64,000 nt of DNA from Eledone cirrhosa (taxonomy: Eukaryota). Of the stretch, positions 49,213 through 62,009 are shown piece by piece. Below the pieces are notes generated by a model that was given only the letters and a program-made list of their open reading frames with translations, was not told the origin of the DNA and ran no database searches. A program made the translations under genes and the position numbers. Within the stretch, counting starts at the first letter, position 1. Every line of letters begins with the position of its first letter. The DNA is taken from assembly GCA_964016885.1 (NCBI GenBank), contig OZ024748.1, positions 29,326,001 through 29,390,000 of the forward strand. The letters run 5' to 3'.

Positions 49213-49359
49213 CTGATGTTCTATGGTAACTACTTCTGCTGCTGCTGTTATGTCTTCTGTCATCTCTCCTGTTGGATATTCTCCTACTTCTGTAATCTCT
49301 CTTTGGGTCCTTCCTGTCAAATTCTTTCACTCCTTCTTTCTGATCACCATCTTTTTTCT
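49213..49359 (-). CDS. SAFB: SAFB-like exon (EKKDGDQK...RTS)
   Basis: ttgcag/GTCAGT boundaries; phase 1-1. Confidence 0.8.
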
Positions 49360-49593
49360 CTGCAAATAGCACACATATATGTGTATATTTGTATATGTGT
49401 GTGTATTATATATGTGTTTGACTGAATACGCATGTTTTTTTTTTGGTGGGTGTCTCTTAATTTTTTCTATTCCTTCCTCTTCATATTTCTATTTCAAGCG
49501 TTAAACTAATATATTTCCTCATTGTACTGTGCCGTTTGCTTTGTTATTTCTGTTTACTTTTTAGACACACACACACACACACATATATATATA

Positions 49594-52500
49594 TTTTTGT
49601 TATTGCTTGTTAAATACGGGAGTTTTTGTCGTATTGAACAGAACAAATCTTGTATTTTTGTTATCGCTTGTTAAATACGAGGACCTCATTCAATCCTTAC
49701 CTTCTAGCTATCTACCCAACCTTAATTCCTTAATTCTATCGTATTTTCAAAACAAAACAAAATCCTTTCCTTCTTCTTATATTCGTTACTTCGAAAACTC
49801 TAAACTCCCGCTCCTACTATCTTCGCCCCCCCTCCCTCTACTTCATGAGGGTTTCGCGGTCAGCCACCCCAATATCTACATCATGCGGCCAACCCCCCCC
49901 CCCCATCTCTCTCTCTAGCTATATATATATAAGATAAACCCTTCAAGTAAATCACATTCGCCAAATTCATCGCTGCTTCTTCACGGTATATCATGTAACG
50001 TAATGTACACATTTTTCTACCATCTCCACACTCCATTCGTACCCAGTCCAAACCTCCAATCTTGCCAAATCCTAAATGTAGTTGTCGTATTCCTAAAACA
50101 AATCTGCATTTTTTGTTATTGCTTGTTAAATACGGGGGTTTTTGTCGTATTGAACAGAACAAATCTTGTATTTTTGTTATCGCTTGTTAAATACGAGGAC
50201 CTCATTCAATCCTTACCTTCTAGCTATCGACCCAACACCCCTCCCTCCCGCCCACATGCACCACCATTGTTATTACGTGGACCAATCATAAGCTAGAGCC
50301 CCCACGCACCACCATTATTATTACGTGGACCAATCATAAGCCAGAGGCTTATACTATCGCTTGCCTGGTTGCCTTTCGATATATGATGGATGGATGGACT
50401 ACGGAATCCCGGAGAGTGGAAGAGAGAGAAAAATCTGGATGCTCAGCGACAATGCCAAAGATAAAGACAAATTCACCCCGTGGACGAGAATGCGAGCACT
50501 CCTCTTTGTTTCGGCCGCGGATGGCTAACATAACCCCATCTCCCCCCCGCAATCCAAAACTTCAGAGTTGGTACCATAAATGTAGGCACCTTAAAGGGTC
50601 GCTCTAACGAGGTTGTAGAAATGCTCGAACGTAAGGAGGTCGATGTTTGTTGTATTCAAGAGACCAGGTGGAGGGGTGGGTCTGCTAGATTCATTGAGGG
50701 TAAAAATCGATGCTATAAGCTTTTCTGGGTGGAGTAGGATTCATGGTAGCAGAAAAGTGGGCAGATAAGATAATAGACGTAAATAGAGTGAACGACAGAA
50801 TAATTGAAATAAGACTTGTCCTCAATAGAACTACGGTGACAGTAATATCTGCGTACGCACCCCAATCCGGACTGCCCAACACTATAAAAGACAGATTCTA
50901 TGAGACACTGATGCTCACTACCTCCCAAATAACCGACAGTGACTATATAATTAATGCAGGCGACCTAAATGGTCACGTTGGACAACATTGTGACGGCTAC
51001 GACGAAATCCATGGAGGCTATGGGTTTGGTACTAGAAATGAGGAAGGCTCCAGAATCCTGGAATTCTGTGACGCAAATAACCTAACTATCTGTAACACTA
51101 ACTTCAAAAAACGTGACAATCACCTGATCACCTATAGATCCGGGGAACACACAAGCCAGGTAGATTATATCCTTACCAGAAGACGTGACAGAGTATCTGT
51201 TGTAAACACTAAATCCCTCCCCCATGAAGAATGCACCTCCCAACATAGACTGATAATTAGCGACCTCATAGTCAGGACGAGACGTACTCGACAGCAGAAG
51301 AGGACTATCCTCAGGAGAAAAATATGGAAGCTAAAGGACCCCACAGCCAGAAATAAATTCTAAAGCATATTACTTGATGCTTTCGACAGTAAGGAAGAGC
51401 ATTTAGAGTCGGACAATATAGAGGGACAGTGGGAATTCCTGAAAGCAAACCTGCTGATGGCGGCAGACGAAGTCTGTGGCTGGAGCAGGCCTGTAGGCAG
51501 GAGGAGAGTAACATGGTGGTGGAACAGTAAGGTGGAGGGGTCAATTAAGGCCAAAAAGCAGGCTTGGAAAGTATGGCAGGATGGGGGAAGTAGAGAAGAC
51601 TATCAAGTGGCCAGGAGGGAAGCTAGGAGACAAGTGTACTTCGCAAGAAGGGAAGCATGTTCTACAACGCGAGGAGCAAAAACGTGAGGTGTTCAGGATT
51701 GCTAGGCAATGTGTCAAGGAAAACCGTGATGTTGTCGGGGAGAAGTGTGTACTTAATGATGACGGCGTACTTGCCATCACCGACGCTGATAAGAAGGTAG
51801 CTTGGAAGTGTCACTATGAAAGGCTACTAAATGAGGAGAATAAATGGGAGAAAGACAGTCTCCCCCACATCGACCCAATAGAGGGACCAGCAGTGTTAGT
51901 CGAGGGTAGTATAATAAGTAAGGCAATCAAGGATATGAAGACGGGTAAGGCGGCTGGGCCTTCGGAAATAGTTGCTGAGATACTGAAGGCATCTGGCACG
52001 GTGGGACACACCATGGTCACCCGGATAGTTAACCAAGTCGTACAGAATGGGGTTGTTCCGAAGGACTAGCATAGCAGCATCATCGTTAACTGTTATAAGG
52101 GTAAAGGAGATGCCCTAGATAGGAGTAACTATAGAGGCATTAAATTAATCGACCAGGTCATGAAGGTCACGGAAAAAGTAATAGCGCAACTAATCAGAGA
52201 GAGAATTGACCTAGATGAAATGCAGTTCGGGTTTGTGTCAGGCAAAAGTACCACAGACGCTCTTTTCATTGTACGACAACTACAGGAGAAGTACCTAGCT
52301 AAAAGTAAACCCCTATACTTAGCTTTTGTCGACTTGGAGAAAGCCTTCAACAGAGTCCCCCGTTCCATTATCTGGTGGGCCCTTAGAAAACTAGGTGTCG
52401 ACGAATGGCTTGTGAGAGCTATACAAGCCATGTATAAAGAAACAGTCAGCAAGGTTAGAATTAACAACGAATATAGTGAAGAGTTTAGCGTAAAAGTTGG

Positions 52501-53939
52501 CGTCCATCAGGGCTCTGTTCTCAGCCCCCTACTATTTATTATTGCCCTTCAGGCTATAACAGAGGAGTTCAAGACTGGCTGCCCATGGGAACTCCTATAC
52601 GCAGATGATCTAACACTCATAGCTGAATCAATGGCTGAGCTAGAGAAGAAATTCCAAACATGGAAGCACGGCCTAGAGTCAAAAGGCCTTAAAATTAATC
52701 TGGCTAAGACTAAAGTTCTAGTTTGTAGGAAAGAAAATAATGCGCCGGTCCCTTCCGGGAAGTGGCCATGCTCAGTGTGTAGGAAAGGCGTAGGTAGAAA
52801 CTCCATTTTATGTCCTAAATGCAAAGTATGGGTGCATAAAAGATGTAGCGGGATCACAGGTAAGCTAACTAAGAACATAGATTTCACATGTGGCCGGTGC
52901 TCTGGTGCAATAAGTAGCAGCAAGTGCCCACAAAATAATACTAGCTCTTTCAACTGCGCAGAGGGCTCTATAGAAATAGTGGACAGCTTCCGTTACCTGG
53001 GTGACAAAATCAGCAGTGGGGGAGGGTGCTCTGAAAGTACAGTAGCTAGAGTCAGAACTGGATGGAAAAAGTTCAGAGAGCTTATACCACTATAAGCCGC
53101 TAAAGGGTTCTCCCTAAAAACAAAAGGCAGGTTGTATGATGCCTGCATACGAACAGCAATGTTGCATGGCAGTGAGACCTGGGCATTGTGTGCAGAGGAT
53201 ATACGCAGACTAGAGAGGAACGAAGCTTGCATGCTCCGCTGGATGTGTAATAGTAATATACGTGAATGGCAAAGCATAAACGAACTAAGGAAAAAATTAG
53301 AAATAAGAGGGATCAGATGTTGTTTACTCGAGAGAAGGCTACGTTGGTATGGACACGTGATGCGCATGAAAGTCGATAGCTGTATAACAAAGTGCAGGGC
53401 AATAAAGATAGACGGTAGCCACGGAATAGGCAGACCTAGAAAAACCTGGGACGAGCTGATAAACTCCGACCTCACACACTTACACCTCTCCAAGACAATG
53501 TCACTGGACCGAGACCTTTGACGGTACTCAGTAATAGAGAAGACCCGCCTTACCTAAATACATAGTAAAACCTACTACAGTCAGAAGGCATCTCTAACAA
53601 AATACACCCCCGTCCCATCCACACCGCCCCCTTCTATGTAAAGTTATGTTGGTGCCACACCATCCACGCCGAAACAAATGAGATCGTGTAGGTGTCACGA
53701 CAAAAAAACACACAGTCCACGCTGTAATGTGGCCGTGTAGGCAACACGGTAAAAACCTCCCAGACCCACACTGTAAATGTGGTTGGTGTTAGGAAGGGCA
53801 TCCAACTGTAGAAAACCTGCCAGACAGTCCTATGCGAGCAAGACAATCACTCTTGCCTCAAGTGGGAAAACCCCCGTCCAAACCCATGCAAGCGTGGAAC
53901 ACGGACGTTAAACGTTGATGATGATGATGATGATGATGA

Positions 53940-53943
<4 letters not shown>
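49594..53943 (+). mobile_element. Near full-length RTE family A (disrupted), intronic and antisense; 5' end has ~1.25 copies of a ~515-bp monomer
   Basis: APE to RT pieces at 50520-53556 with stops and frameshifts; 49594-49713 is repeated at 50109-50228; (GAT)n tail followed by (TA)n. Confidence 0.92.
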
Positions 53944-53985
<42 letters not shown>

Positions 53986-54239
53986 ACACATGCACACATA
54001 TATAGTCAGATTTTATAGATTCACAGATGATACACAAATACATATAGTGTTAACTAAATAGTTTGGTATCCATAATTATTTGAATACGATAGGTAGTATC
54101 CATGTGGTCAAATGAAAGCAAATTTATTGATTCTATTAACCCTTTTGCAAATATATTTCTCATTGTTAAGTTGGTGTTTTAAGCATAGGCGGGAGTGGGG
54201 ATACTCACAAGCCCCCAGCTGTCAGAATGGGTTATGGAC

Positions 54240-54620
54240 AGGATCACATGAGGAGAGAAGATTTGCCCCTTGAAGCTTAGGCTGAAAGATAGGTCTCTGT
54301 GGGCGATGCAAGTTTATGCACCAAACAAGGAGTTTGAATACAAATCCTTCTTTAATGAAGTCACTGCAGCGTTAGATGTAGTTAAAACTGAGTCATATAT
54401 CCTGATAGTGGATGTTGGCACTGACCATCTGACATGGAAATGAGTGATTGGAAGGACCAGTGATCCTAATCTAAATATGAATGGAGAGGCATCATTAGAC
54501 TTCTGTTCTAGCAATGAACTCTCTATTATGAATACCTTCTTGCAGCACAGAAAAGTCCATAAATATACATGGTATAAGGAGAATCAGGGACAGAGATCAA
54601 TAATTGATTTTGTTATTGTC
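54240..54620 (+). mobile_element. Old RTE-like endonuclease fragment
   Basis: VYAPN...NGEASLDFC...NTF..HKYTW...IDFVIV. Confidence 0.7.
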
Positions 54621-54805
54621 TTACCATCAAGAGAGGTCTCAGATGGTTTTGCTATGAGAAAGACGAAACCAAATTATTGGTTAGTAACATTTATCACCAA
54701 GCTCATCTAATGTCAATAGAAACAACTTATAGATTATCTACATTATAATTATATCAGTAGATTGTTATTATCAGAAGAAATATCAATGTCTGGAAGAAAA
54801 CTTAC

Positions 54806-54896
54806 CATCTTTCTTTACTTCAGGTTTTTCTTCTTTCTTTTCTGATGTTTTTGTTTCTGGCATTTTAATAATCTGAGTTCCAGGTTCATTTTTAGC
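54806..54896 (-). CDS. SAFB: SAFB-like exon (AKNEPG...)
   Basis: tag/GTAAG boundaries; follows the RRM as in SAFB. Confidence 0.87.
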
Positions 54897-55849
54897 CTAA
54901 AAAATAAAATAAAAATATATTTCAATTTAAATATTATTTACCACACACCATCCCTACATCAATAGTTTATTACTGAGCTATCTGTATCTCTTTCATATCC
55001 ACACATTCTCCAGTTTACTATCACATCTCTACACCAATAGGTTATATTTAATGCTTTTATATATTTACTTATACCCAACTAGGATAGCAGTAACTTTCAA
55101 TATAAACTGGTTCAGGCTGTGACAAGCGATGTCAACATAGAAAGCAGACATAAATTTATGATGATAAACATCTTGTTTTTTCAAAGTAAGCACAGTGTCA
55201 TATAACAGCTTTCCATCTCTCCATGTTATTCTTATATTTTCAAGATATTTTGAACTGCATAGCTTGGGTAGCAGAGAGTAAAGCAGTGTTCTATAGTCTG
55301 TTTTAGTTACCAACATCTACAGGTGACTGAGCCAGTCCTGTAACCCCATCTGACCAAAGCAGCTTTGAATTCCTGTGTTCCTGTCCTCGGGTAGTTGAGT
55401 ACCTTCCACTGGCACCATAGTGCTTCAGAGCTAAGAGAGGGGTGGATTCCCATGTCAGTTGGAGGAGGGTCATTTGTAAGTCTTTCTGTAGAAAAGCTTC
55501 AGTTTGGTCTCCTCTTGAGATGTTGGGGATAAATAACAAAATATATATTAAAAGACCTATAATTTTCAAAATGCCAGCAAAATGTGGTAGAAAAATACAT
55601 AGGGCAAATGATGACAAATAAAAGAAAACAAAGTAGTGTTTAACCTAGTGTATTTTAGCATGATATTTCAGGGCTATTACCCTCTTTTCAAATACGAAGC
55701 TGGAATAGTTCAAAATAAAACAAAACGAACGATTGAAGTACTCTTCCCTAACTGCCCTGTGTCTGGTCTATTTGCGGGGTCACTACAGTAATCATTCTGA
55801 TAGAAAACGAGTCGCAGGTGGCAAATACTTATACAGCCACCAGATATGA

Positions 55850-57260
55850 TAGCTACTGGCGATATAAGTGGGCAGCTGCAATCTAGCAATTCTGCTGGGG
55901 AAGATGAAATCCAACCCAAGAAGTTAAAAGCCTTAAATAAAGATGGTATTCTCTGGCTGATTCGTGTGTATTAGTTGGCCTGAATCTCTGGAAAGGCACG
56001 TAAACAATGGCAATTAGGTGTGATAATTCCAATTTTCAAAAAGGGAGATAAAAGAGATTGTTCCAATTAAAGAGGGATCTCCTTGTTAAGCCTCCCCTGT
56101 AAAGTCTATGCTAAGTGTCTGGCAAAGAGATGTAGGCAGATTGTCAAATCCAAGCTAGCTGATGAACAGTGAGGTTTTCACCCCGGATGCAGTACTGCTG
56201 ACCAAATATTCACACTGCAGGTTTTCGAGAAATCATGGAAGTAGTGCCAAGAGGTATATTTTTGTTTTGTAGACATCAAAGAGGCATATTACTACAATCC
56301 TCGGAACTTTCTGTGGAAGGTTCTTCAGAAGTATGGGATCAATTGTCAGCTTCTTGCTGCCCTGATGTCTATATGAATGCCCAAGTTTTTGGGTTCGGAA
56401 AAATGGTGCTAAATCGAAACCATTCAGTGTGGGTGTCAGACACTACCAAGGTTGTATACTATCACCTCTTCAGTTCATTATTTTCATGAACAGGATTAAC
56501 ATGAGCAACCAGTTTGGAAGTAATATCATCACTGGCAGGTGTAAAATCAGTGGGCTGGAATTTGTGGACGACATGGTGTTGCTTAACTTGACAGAAGGTG
56601 ATCTCTGACTTGCATTTGATAGGTTTGATGCAGAGTGCTGCATGGCTGGAATGAAAATCAGCGTTATGAAAGCTGAGACACTCATCCTCACAAGGAAGCC
56701 AGCGCAGTGCACTCTGCATGTGAAGAGTGCTCCGTTAAAGCAGGTGGAGGAGTTTAAGTTTCTCGGGGTCATGTTCACGAATGATGGAAGACAGGAAGTT
56801 GAATTAAATGCAAGAATTGCAGGAGCTGGTGCAATAATGCTCTAGCTTCAGCATTCGGGAACCAGAAGATGAGACATAGAAGTACAAGCCAACTTTGTTA
56901 TATTCAATTCGGTATTTATGCCAAACCTTACCTATAATCATGAATCTTGGGTAATGACCAAAAGAAGGCAATCGTAAATACAAGCGCCCGAAATGGGAAT
57001 AACTCGATAGAATGCGTAGCTCGAAGATCAGAGTCACTCCAGATGAAGCCGTTACTTCTCCGAATTGAGAGATTACAGCTCCGATACTATGGGCATGTGG
57101 TTAGAATGTCTTAGGAAAGAATCACTGGGCAGATTTTACAGGCAAAACTAACCAGCAGGAGATGTAGGGGTAATTCCAAGCATGATGGTTGAATAATATC
57201 CATGAGTTTGGCTGCTCTCACATGGGGATCCAGCCAGATCAGTCGAAGATGGTTGCTTCT
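55850..57260 (+). mobile_element. Old degenerate RTE-clade RT fragment
   Basis: PIFKKGD..C.N.RGISLL, EFVDD, VEEFKFLG and QLRYYGHV remnants. Confidence 0.75.
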
Positions 57261-57408
57261 GACAGGACCTGCTGAAAGGACTTTTCCCCCAGGACCTGCT
57301 GAGAGGACTTTCCCCCATGGCCCTCTCAAGAATAAGTGGGAGGGGGGAGGGCAAGGAGAAGAAGAAGCAGGGAAGAGCTTTTTCTTGAAGCATTTTATTT
57401 TAACTCAC

Positions 57409-57558
57409 CCTTTCAACTGATATCATACGACCATGGAGTTCAGTTTGATTCAAATGTTGAATACATTTAGAAGCTTCATGTGCACTAGACATAGTTACAA
57501 AACCATAACATCGGGCACCGGGACTTCGAGCATTTGTCACTACTTTGGCACCAACAAC
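57409..57558 (-). CDS. SAFB: SAFB-like RRM exon 2
   Basis: [50 protein letters not shown]; 150 nt; cag/GTGAG boundaries. Confidence 0.95.
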
Positions 57559-58079
57559 CTGATATAGAAAAATAGAAAAATAGAAAAATAGAAATTTGCA
57601 TTAGATATGAGCTGAGAGAAAAGCTGGGTACAAGAGGAATCAAATGTGTGCAGGAGAGATGACTACACTGGTATGGATATGTAGTGACCTACATTCCGCG
57701 GGCTCACATACATTCTCTGTGCGTGATTTGGCTCAGCTCAGCCAATCAGCGTTAGCAGAAGAGAATGTATCCCTACGCGCCCTGAGGGAAAAATTCCCGC
57801 GTGGATTTGAGAAATCGCTCTCTTGCACGCTGACTTCGAAAAGGTAAACACCTCACTTTCTTTCGTCGTGAAATCACTAGCCAACATGTAACACAACAAC
57901 TTAACCACGACCTGGCAATACTTCAGCCAGTAGACCGTGCCTCCTGAACTCTTAATTCGTTTGTTTTATCTCTCTTGGCATGCCAGCTACTCAGCTCCAT
58001 TCAGCTCAAACTTATTAATAAATAATGTAAAACCAACCAAAAGTCGTTGTCGATATTCCTAACATCTTACTACCAAACT

Positions 58080-58490
58080 GTTACCACAGCAATGCTTTAA
58101 ATGTGATATGGAAGGATTCCTTCCAGAGGTATTATCACAGCAGCAACAGAACCTGAGACTTACAACCTAACCTCAATTCTTTGTGTCACTGAGCTCACCT
58201 CACTCAGGAGTATCACTTCCGCACCTGTCCTATTCATCAGATTTAGCACTTGTGGACATTCAACTCGAAGGACGCCGTTTTAACTCAGTTCCAAAGATCC
58301 AGAGCGAATTGCAGAAGGTCCTTGACTCACTAACGGAAAACAAGTTCAGGCCGGATTAAAAAAGTGGCAAGAACACTGGAAACAGTGTATTGCTGCGTAA
58401 GGTGACTATTTTGAAGGAGATCATGTTAAAACTTAGGTAAATATATTTCAAACATAACTAGTCCAGAACTTTTTGATACCAGTTCGTAAT
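58080..58490 (+). mobile_element. Mariner transposase C-terminal remnant
   Basis: PYSSDLA (YSPDLAP-like) and KWQEHWKQCIAA.GDYFEGD; TIR-like end ...TCGTA. Confidence 0.65.
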
Positions 58491-58494
58491 TATG

Positions 58495-59030
58495 CGAATT
58501 TCGTATGTCTAATGATATACGGTATGTTTACGAATAAACATTTGTAAAGACTTCTAGCTATGGATATTGAAAAGCTGAAAGCTAGGGCCGTCTAGTGGAT
58601 TCTAGCAAAGTAGCGGTGTACAGCTGGCAATGCATTTCTGGCTCATTATCAGGACAGTCCTTCCCCTGCTCTCTGCTGGAGGCTTTCCAAATGTTTATTT
58701 GTAGACATTCCGTATATCATTAGATATATGAAATTCCTATACGTATATGTATACAGTTGTCGGAGCAAAAATTTAAATTCTACTTCAAGTTGGGCCAGCT
58801 TTCACAGCTCCATATGCAAATGAGGCTAATCAGCCAATCTACATAAGAATATATATTTCCACCTGTTTCAAATTCCAGCAGAGAGCAGGGGAAGCACTGT
58901 CCTGATGACGGCCAAAGCCAGAAACGCGATAACAGCTGTCCCCGCTACTTCTGCTAGACGGAACTAGCCATCAGCTTTTCAATATTCATAGCTAGAAGGC
59001 TTTCCAAATGCTTATTCGTAAACATACAGT
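58495..59030. mobile_element. Old non-coding element in inverted copies with degenerate hammerheads (58624-58657 minus, 58897-58935 plus)
   Basis: 58520-58680 is the reverse complement of 58874-59030; 58495-58552 is inverted against 58680-58737; two-copy consensus CTGTC-CTGATGA-stem-GAAA-CGCGT-T-GACAG. Confidence 0.55.
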
Positions 59031-59632
59031 ATCATCATCATTGTCATTTAAGATCCACACCAGCATGGTAGGACGAGTTGACCCTTTGAGAGAGAATCAG
59101 GTCAGAGGACCGTGTTTCACTCACCCAGGGCTGATTTTGGCTTGGTTTCTACAGCTGGATACCCTTCCTAACATCAGCCACAACTACAGTGTGTGTGGGA
59201 TCCTTTTTGTTGTGTCACCTACATGACCACATTACAGTGTGGACTGAGTACTTTTAGTTGTGTCGCCAACAAAACCACATTAGACATATGAACTTCATAT
59301 ATCAATATATTAATTCTGAGCTGAGTATATGAGCAATCTGGTGTAGAGCACAGAGATACAGTTGCAATGGTAAGGATATGTGATGTGTATGGAGAATGAT
59401 TGCTGTATAAAGAAATGCTAAACATTAAAAGAGAAAGGAACACGAGATGGTACCATACTAAAATACACCATGAAGGGCATCTAGCTATAGAAACCACACC
59501 AAAAGCTATAGAAACCACACCAAAATATGGAATATGGGCATGACATGTTTCTCTGGCCATTATGACCAGTTCAACCAATGCCAGGATGAAAAGTGGACAT
59601 AAACAACACTAAACATATTTTAATCAACATAC

Positions 59633-59727
59633 CTTGCCATATTTGGTAAAAAGCAATTTAAGGTCTGTAGCACGGGTTGTTGAAGCAAGACCACTGACCC
59701 ACAAATTCCGGCTGTTTTGGTTATTGC
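59633..59727 (-). CDS. SAFB: SAFB-like RRM exon 1
   Basis: [31 protein letters not shown]; tag/GTATG boundaries. Confidence 0.95.
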
Positions 59728-59835
59728 CTATTAAACACAGAAATATATCAATAACCATGTCTCAAATATATCAAAATGTTAAAATAAGTTTAGAAAAGAA
59801 GCAAAAATCAGAGAAAATGTGGAAAAAAAACTTAC

Positions 59836-59876
59836 TTTTGATATTTTTGACAATTTTTGGTTTAGAAACTGAAGAA
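59836..59876 (-). CDS. SAFB: SAFB-like 41-nt exon (SSSVSKPKIVKNIK)
   Basis: cag/GTAAG boundaries; bridges phase 2 to phase 1 exactly. Confidence 0.75.
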
Positions 59877-61426
59877 CTGTAACGACAAAACAATGGTTTA
59901 GAAATATCATCACCATCATCAACATCAAAAGTAAATGTCAAGGGAGAATTTTAGAACATAATTTTATCATTTATATGAATTGTGATTGAACTTGCAAACC
60001 CACACAATACCACTTTAAATTAGGGTTCTCAATCTAAATATATAGATACAGATATATATATTGAAATAAACAAAATACACACACACATACATGCATATAC
60101 ATATATACTCAAAGACATACTTATTATATAAGAATGATGTGACAACATAATTTTAATATTTAGCAAAGCATAACAAATGTTATACGTAGTTAAATATATT
60201 TCTATAACTAATATCAAATTAATATTACATGTGAGTGGGAAAATGTAATGATGAAAGAAGCTTACCTCTTATTAAATGTGCTTTTGTACTAGCAATTTAT
60301 CTATTTTAGATATAAATGAATACAAAAGCACTAATTTGTAATGGAATTATTGGTTGAGACAATGAATGGATTACCAATTAGTTAACAACTGACATTATAC
60401 ACCAGCAATAAAGAACTAACAGTTATCAAAAATGTACAGAAATACATGAACTATAGTCTTCAGGAAATTAAAAAGAGGTCAGCATATAATGTGCAATTCT
60501 CTAAACACTAACTGCTAGTTTAGCAGAAATATGGCTGGAATACAGGAACCATAAACTCAGTCTTCAATCTTTTCAAACATCATCCAATTTCTATCTTGTC
60601 AGAGAAATTATTAATTATCTGACATCCACAAATTCATCAATGTTTTTTTAAATTTTATTCTTGAGAACTCAGGCTTCCTCCTCTTCATTATTGTCATCTT
60701 CATCCAAACAGTTAGTTTTGCTTCATGATATTGGTTATTAGTTCCAGTGGATAATACTTCAGTTGTTTGGTAAATCTCCTAATATGTGAGTTTGAGCATC
60801 TCATGTAATCACACTCCAACTAAGATTCCTTATCCCCAGCCAACTCCCAAACCATTTGCTGGCCCCTTTTCATTTCATGAACTATAGTTCACATTAATCA
60901 TCTAAAGTATAAATATTTACTTCTATAAACACACATCATTATCTACCAAACATCTTCAATGGTATCATCATATGTGTTTACTCAACAAATACACAAGCTT
61001 TATCAATTTGTTAGAGACTGTAGCACATAAGTCAATTATAGCCCAGGCCATGTCTTATTTAATAGTAATCCTACAATACAACTATTGCAATATATTATCA
61101 TGCCTTATAAAGACTAGAGAGATGTCTAGCATTATTATTATTATTAATAGTAGTAGTAGTAGTTTGGTGTTAAATCTACAATCAAACCAGATACACACAC
61201 TCACATATCTTCTTTTTTAAATAACTCACGATTAACCATGAAAGGATGCTCTCTGAAGAAAACCTAATTAGATAGGTTAACTTATAGTTCCAGAGAAACT
61301 GTTCCTTTTGGCAGTTGTAGACCCCAGTTTTACCCAAGGTGTCGACATCTGTTACCGAGAAGTAAGATCATTTAACTAATGACATCTTTGAATCAAAGCA
61401 GTGGGAAAGATGACATGAAAACCAAC

Positions 61427-62009
61427 CTCTTCGACTTTACATCTTTATCATCTTTCTTTTCATCAGTCTTCTTCTCAGTTTGCCCTCCTTCAATTTTACC
61501 TTTAGCCTTTTCCTCAACTGTGCTTCCATCTGTTTTCTTCACTTCACTTTTGCCACTCACTTTGTCCTTTGGTGTCTTCTCTATTTTACCATTATTTGTT
61601 TTGGATGCCACAAGGTCAGCATCTAAATCATTCTGAGTGTCATCAACATGTACTATAAGTGATTCATTTTCTTCACTCTGTTGAGTGGTGGAAGTGTCCA
61701 TACTGATTGTGTCTTTTAATGTAAATGGAGCTATACAAGGTACACTGGTGGGTGTTGGAGGTAAACTATCCGAGAGAACTCTATTGGTCACATCGTCTCC
61801 TTTAAGTTCATTACAGTTTTGTTGCGGAGTTGCTATTTTCCTACTGGCTGGCGAGGGGTTTTCATCATTTTCTTTTTTTATATTATTCTCTGCTGATGAA
61901 GTCTTTTCAATCTTTTCTTCTGGTGTATTCATTTCTGATGATGAGGATAATCCAATGTTTTCTTCTTTTCTGTTAGTTTCCACTGATGAAGATGACAGTA
62001 CTGGCGGTG
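61427..62009 (-). CDS. SAFB: SAFB-like large acidic/K-rich exon
   Basis: ORF 61393-61983 (...ENESLIVHVDDTQNDLDAD...); tag/GTTGGT boundaries. Confidence 0.82.

Larger units (their letters stand above)
40970..62009 (-). other. SAFB: Scaffold attachment factor B / SLTM family gene, 3' portion (14 predicted coding exons; 5' exons not identified, probably beyond the window)
   Basis: Spliced [29 protein letters not shown]|[24 protein letters not shown]...[12 protein letters not shown]|AKNEP matches the SAFB RRM; then ILSFDRIK, an E/R-rich coiled coil and a G-rich C-terminus; GT-AG boundaries with compatible phases. Confidence 0.92.

Noticed and set aside
60266-60288. 23-nt alternative SAFB micro-exon, phase-compatible with 59836-59876
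   Set aside because: Good GTAAG donor but poor acceptor context, and it lies in a local inverted repeat; unsupported without RNA data.
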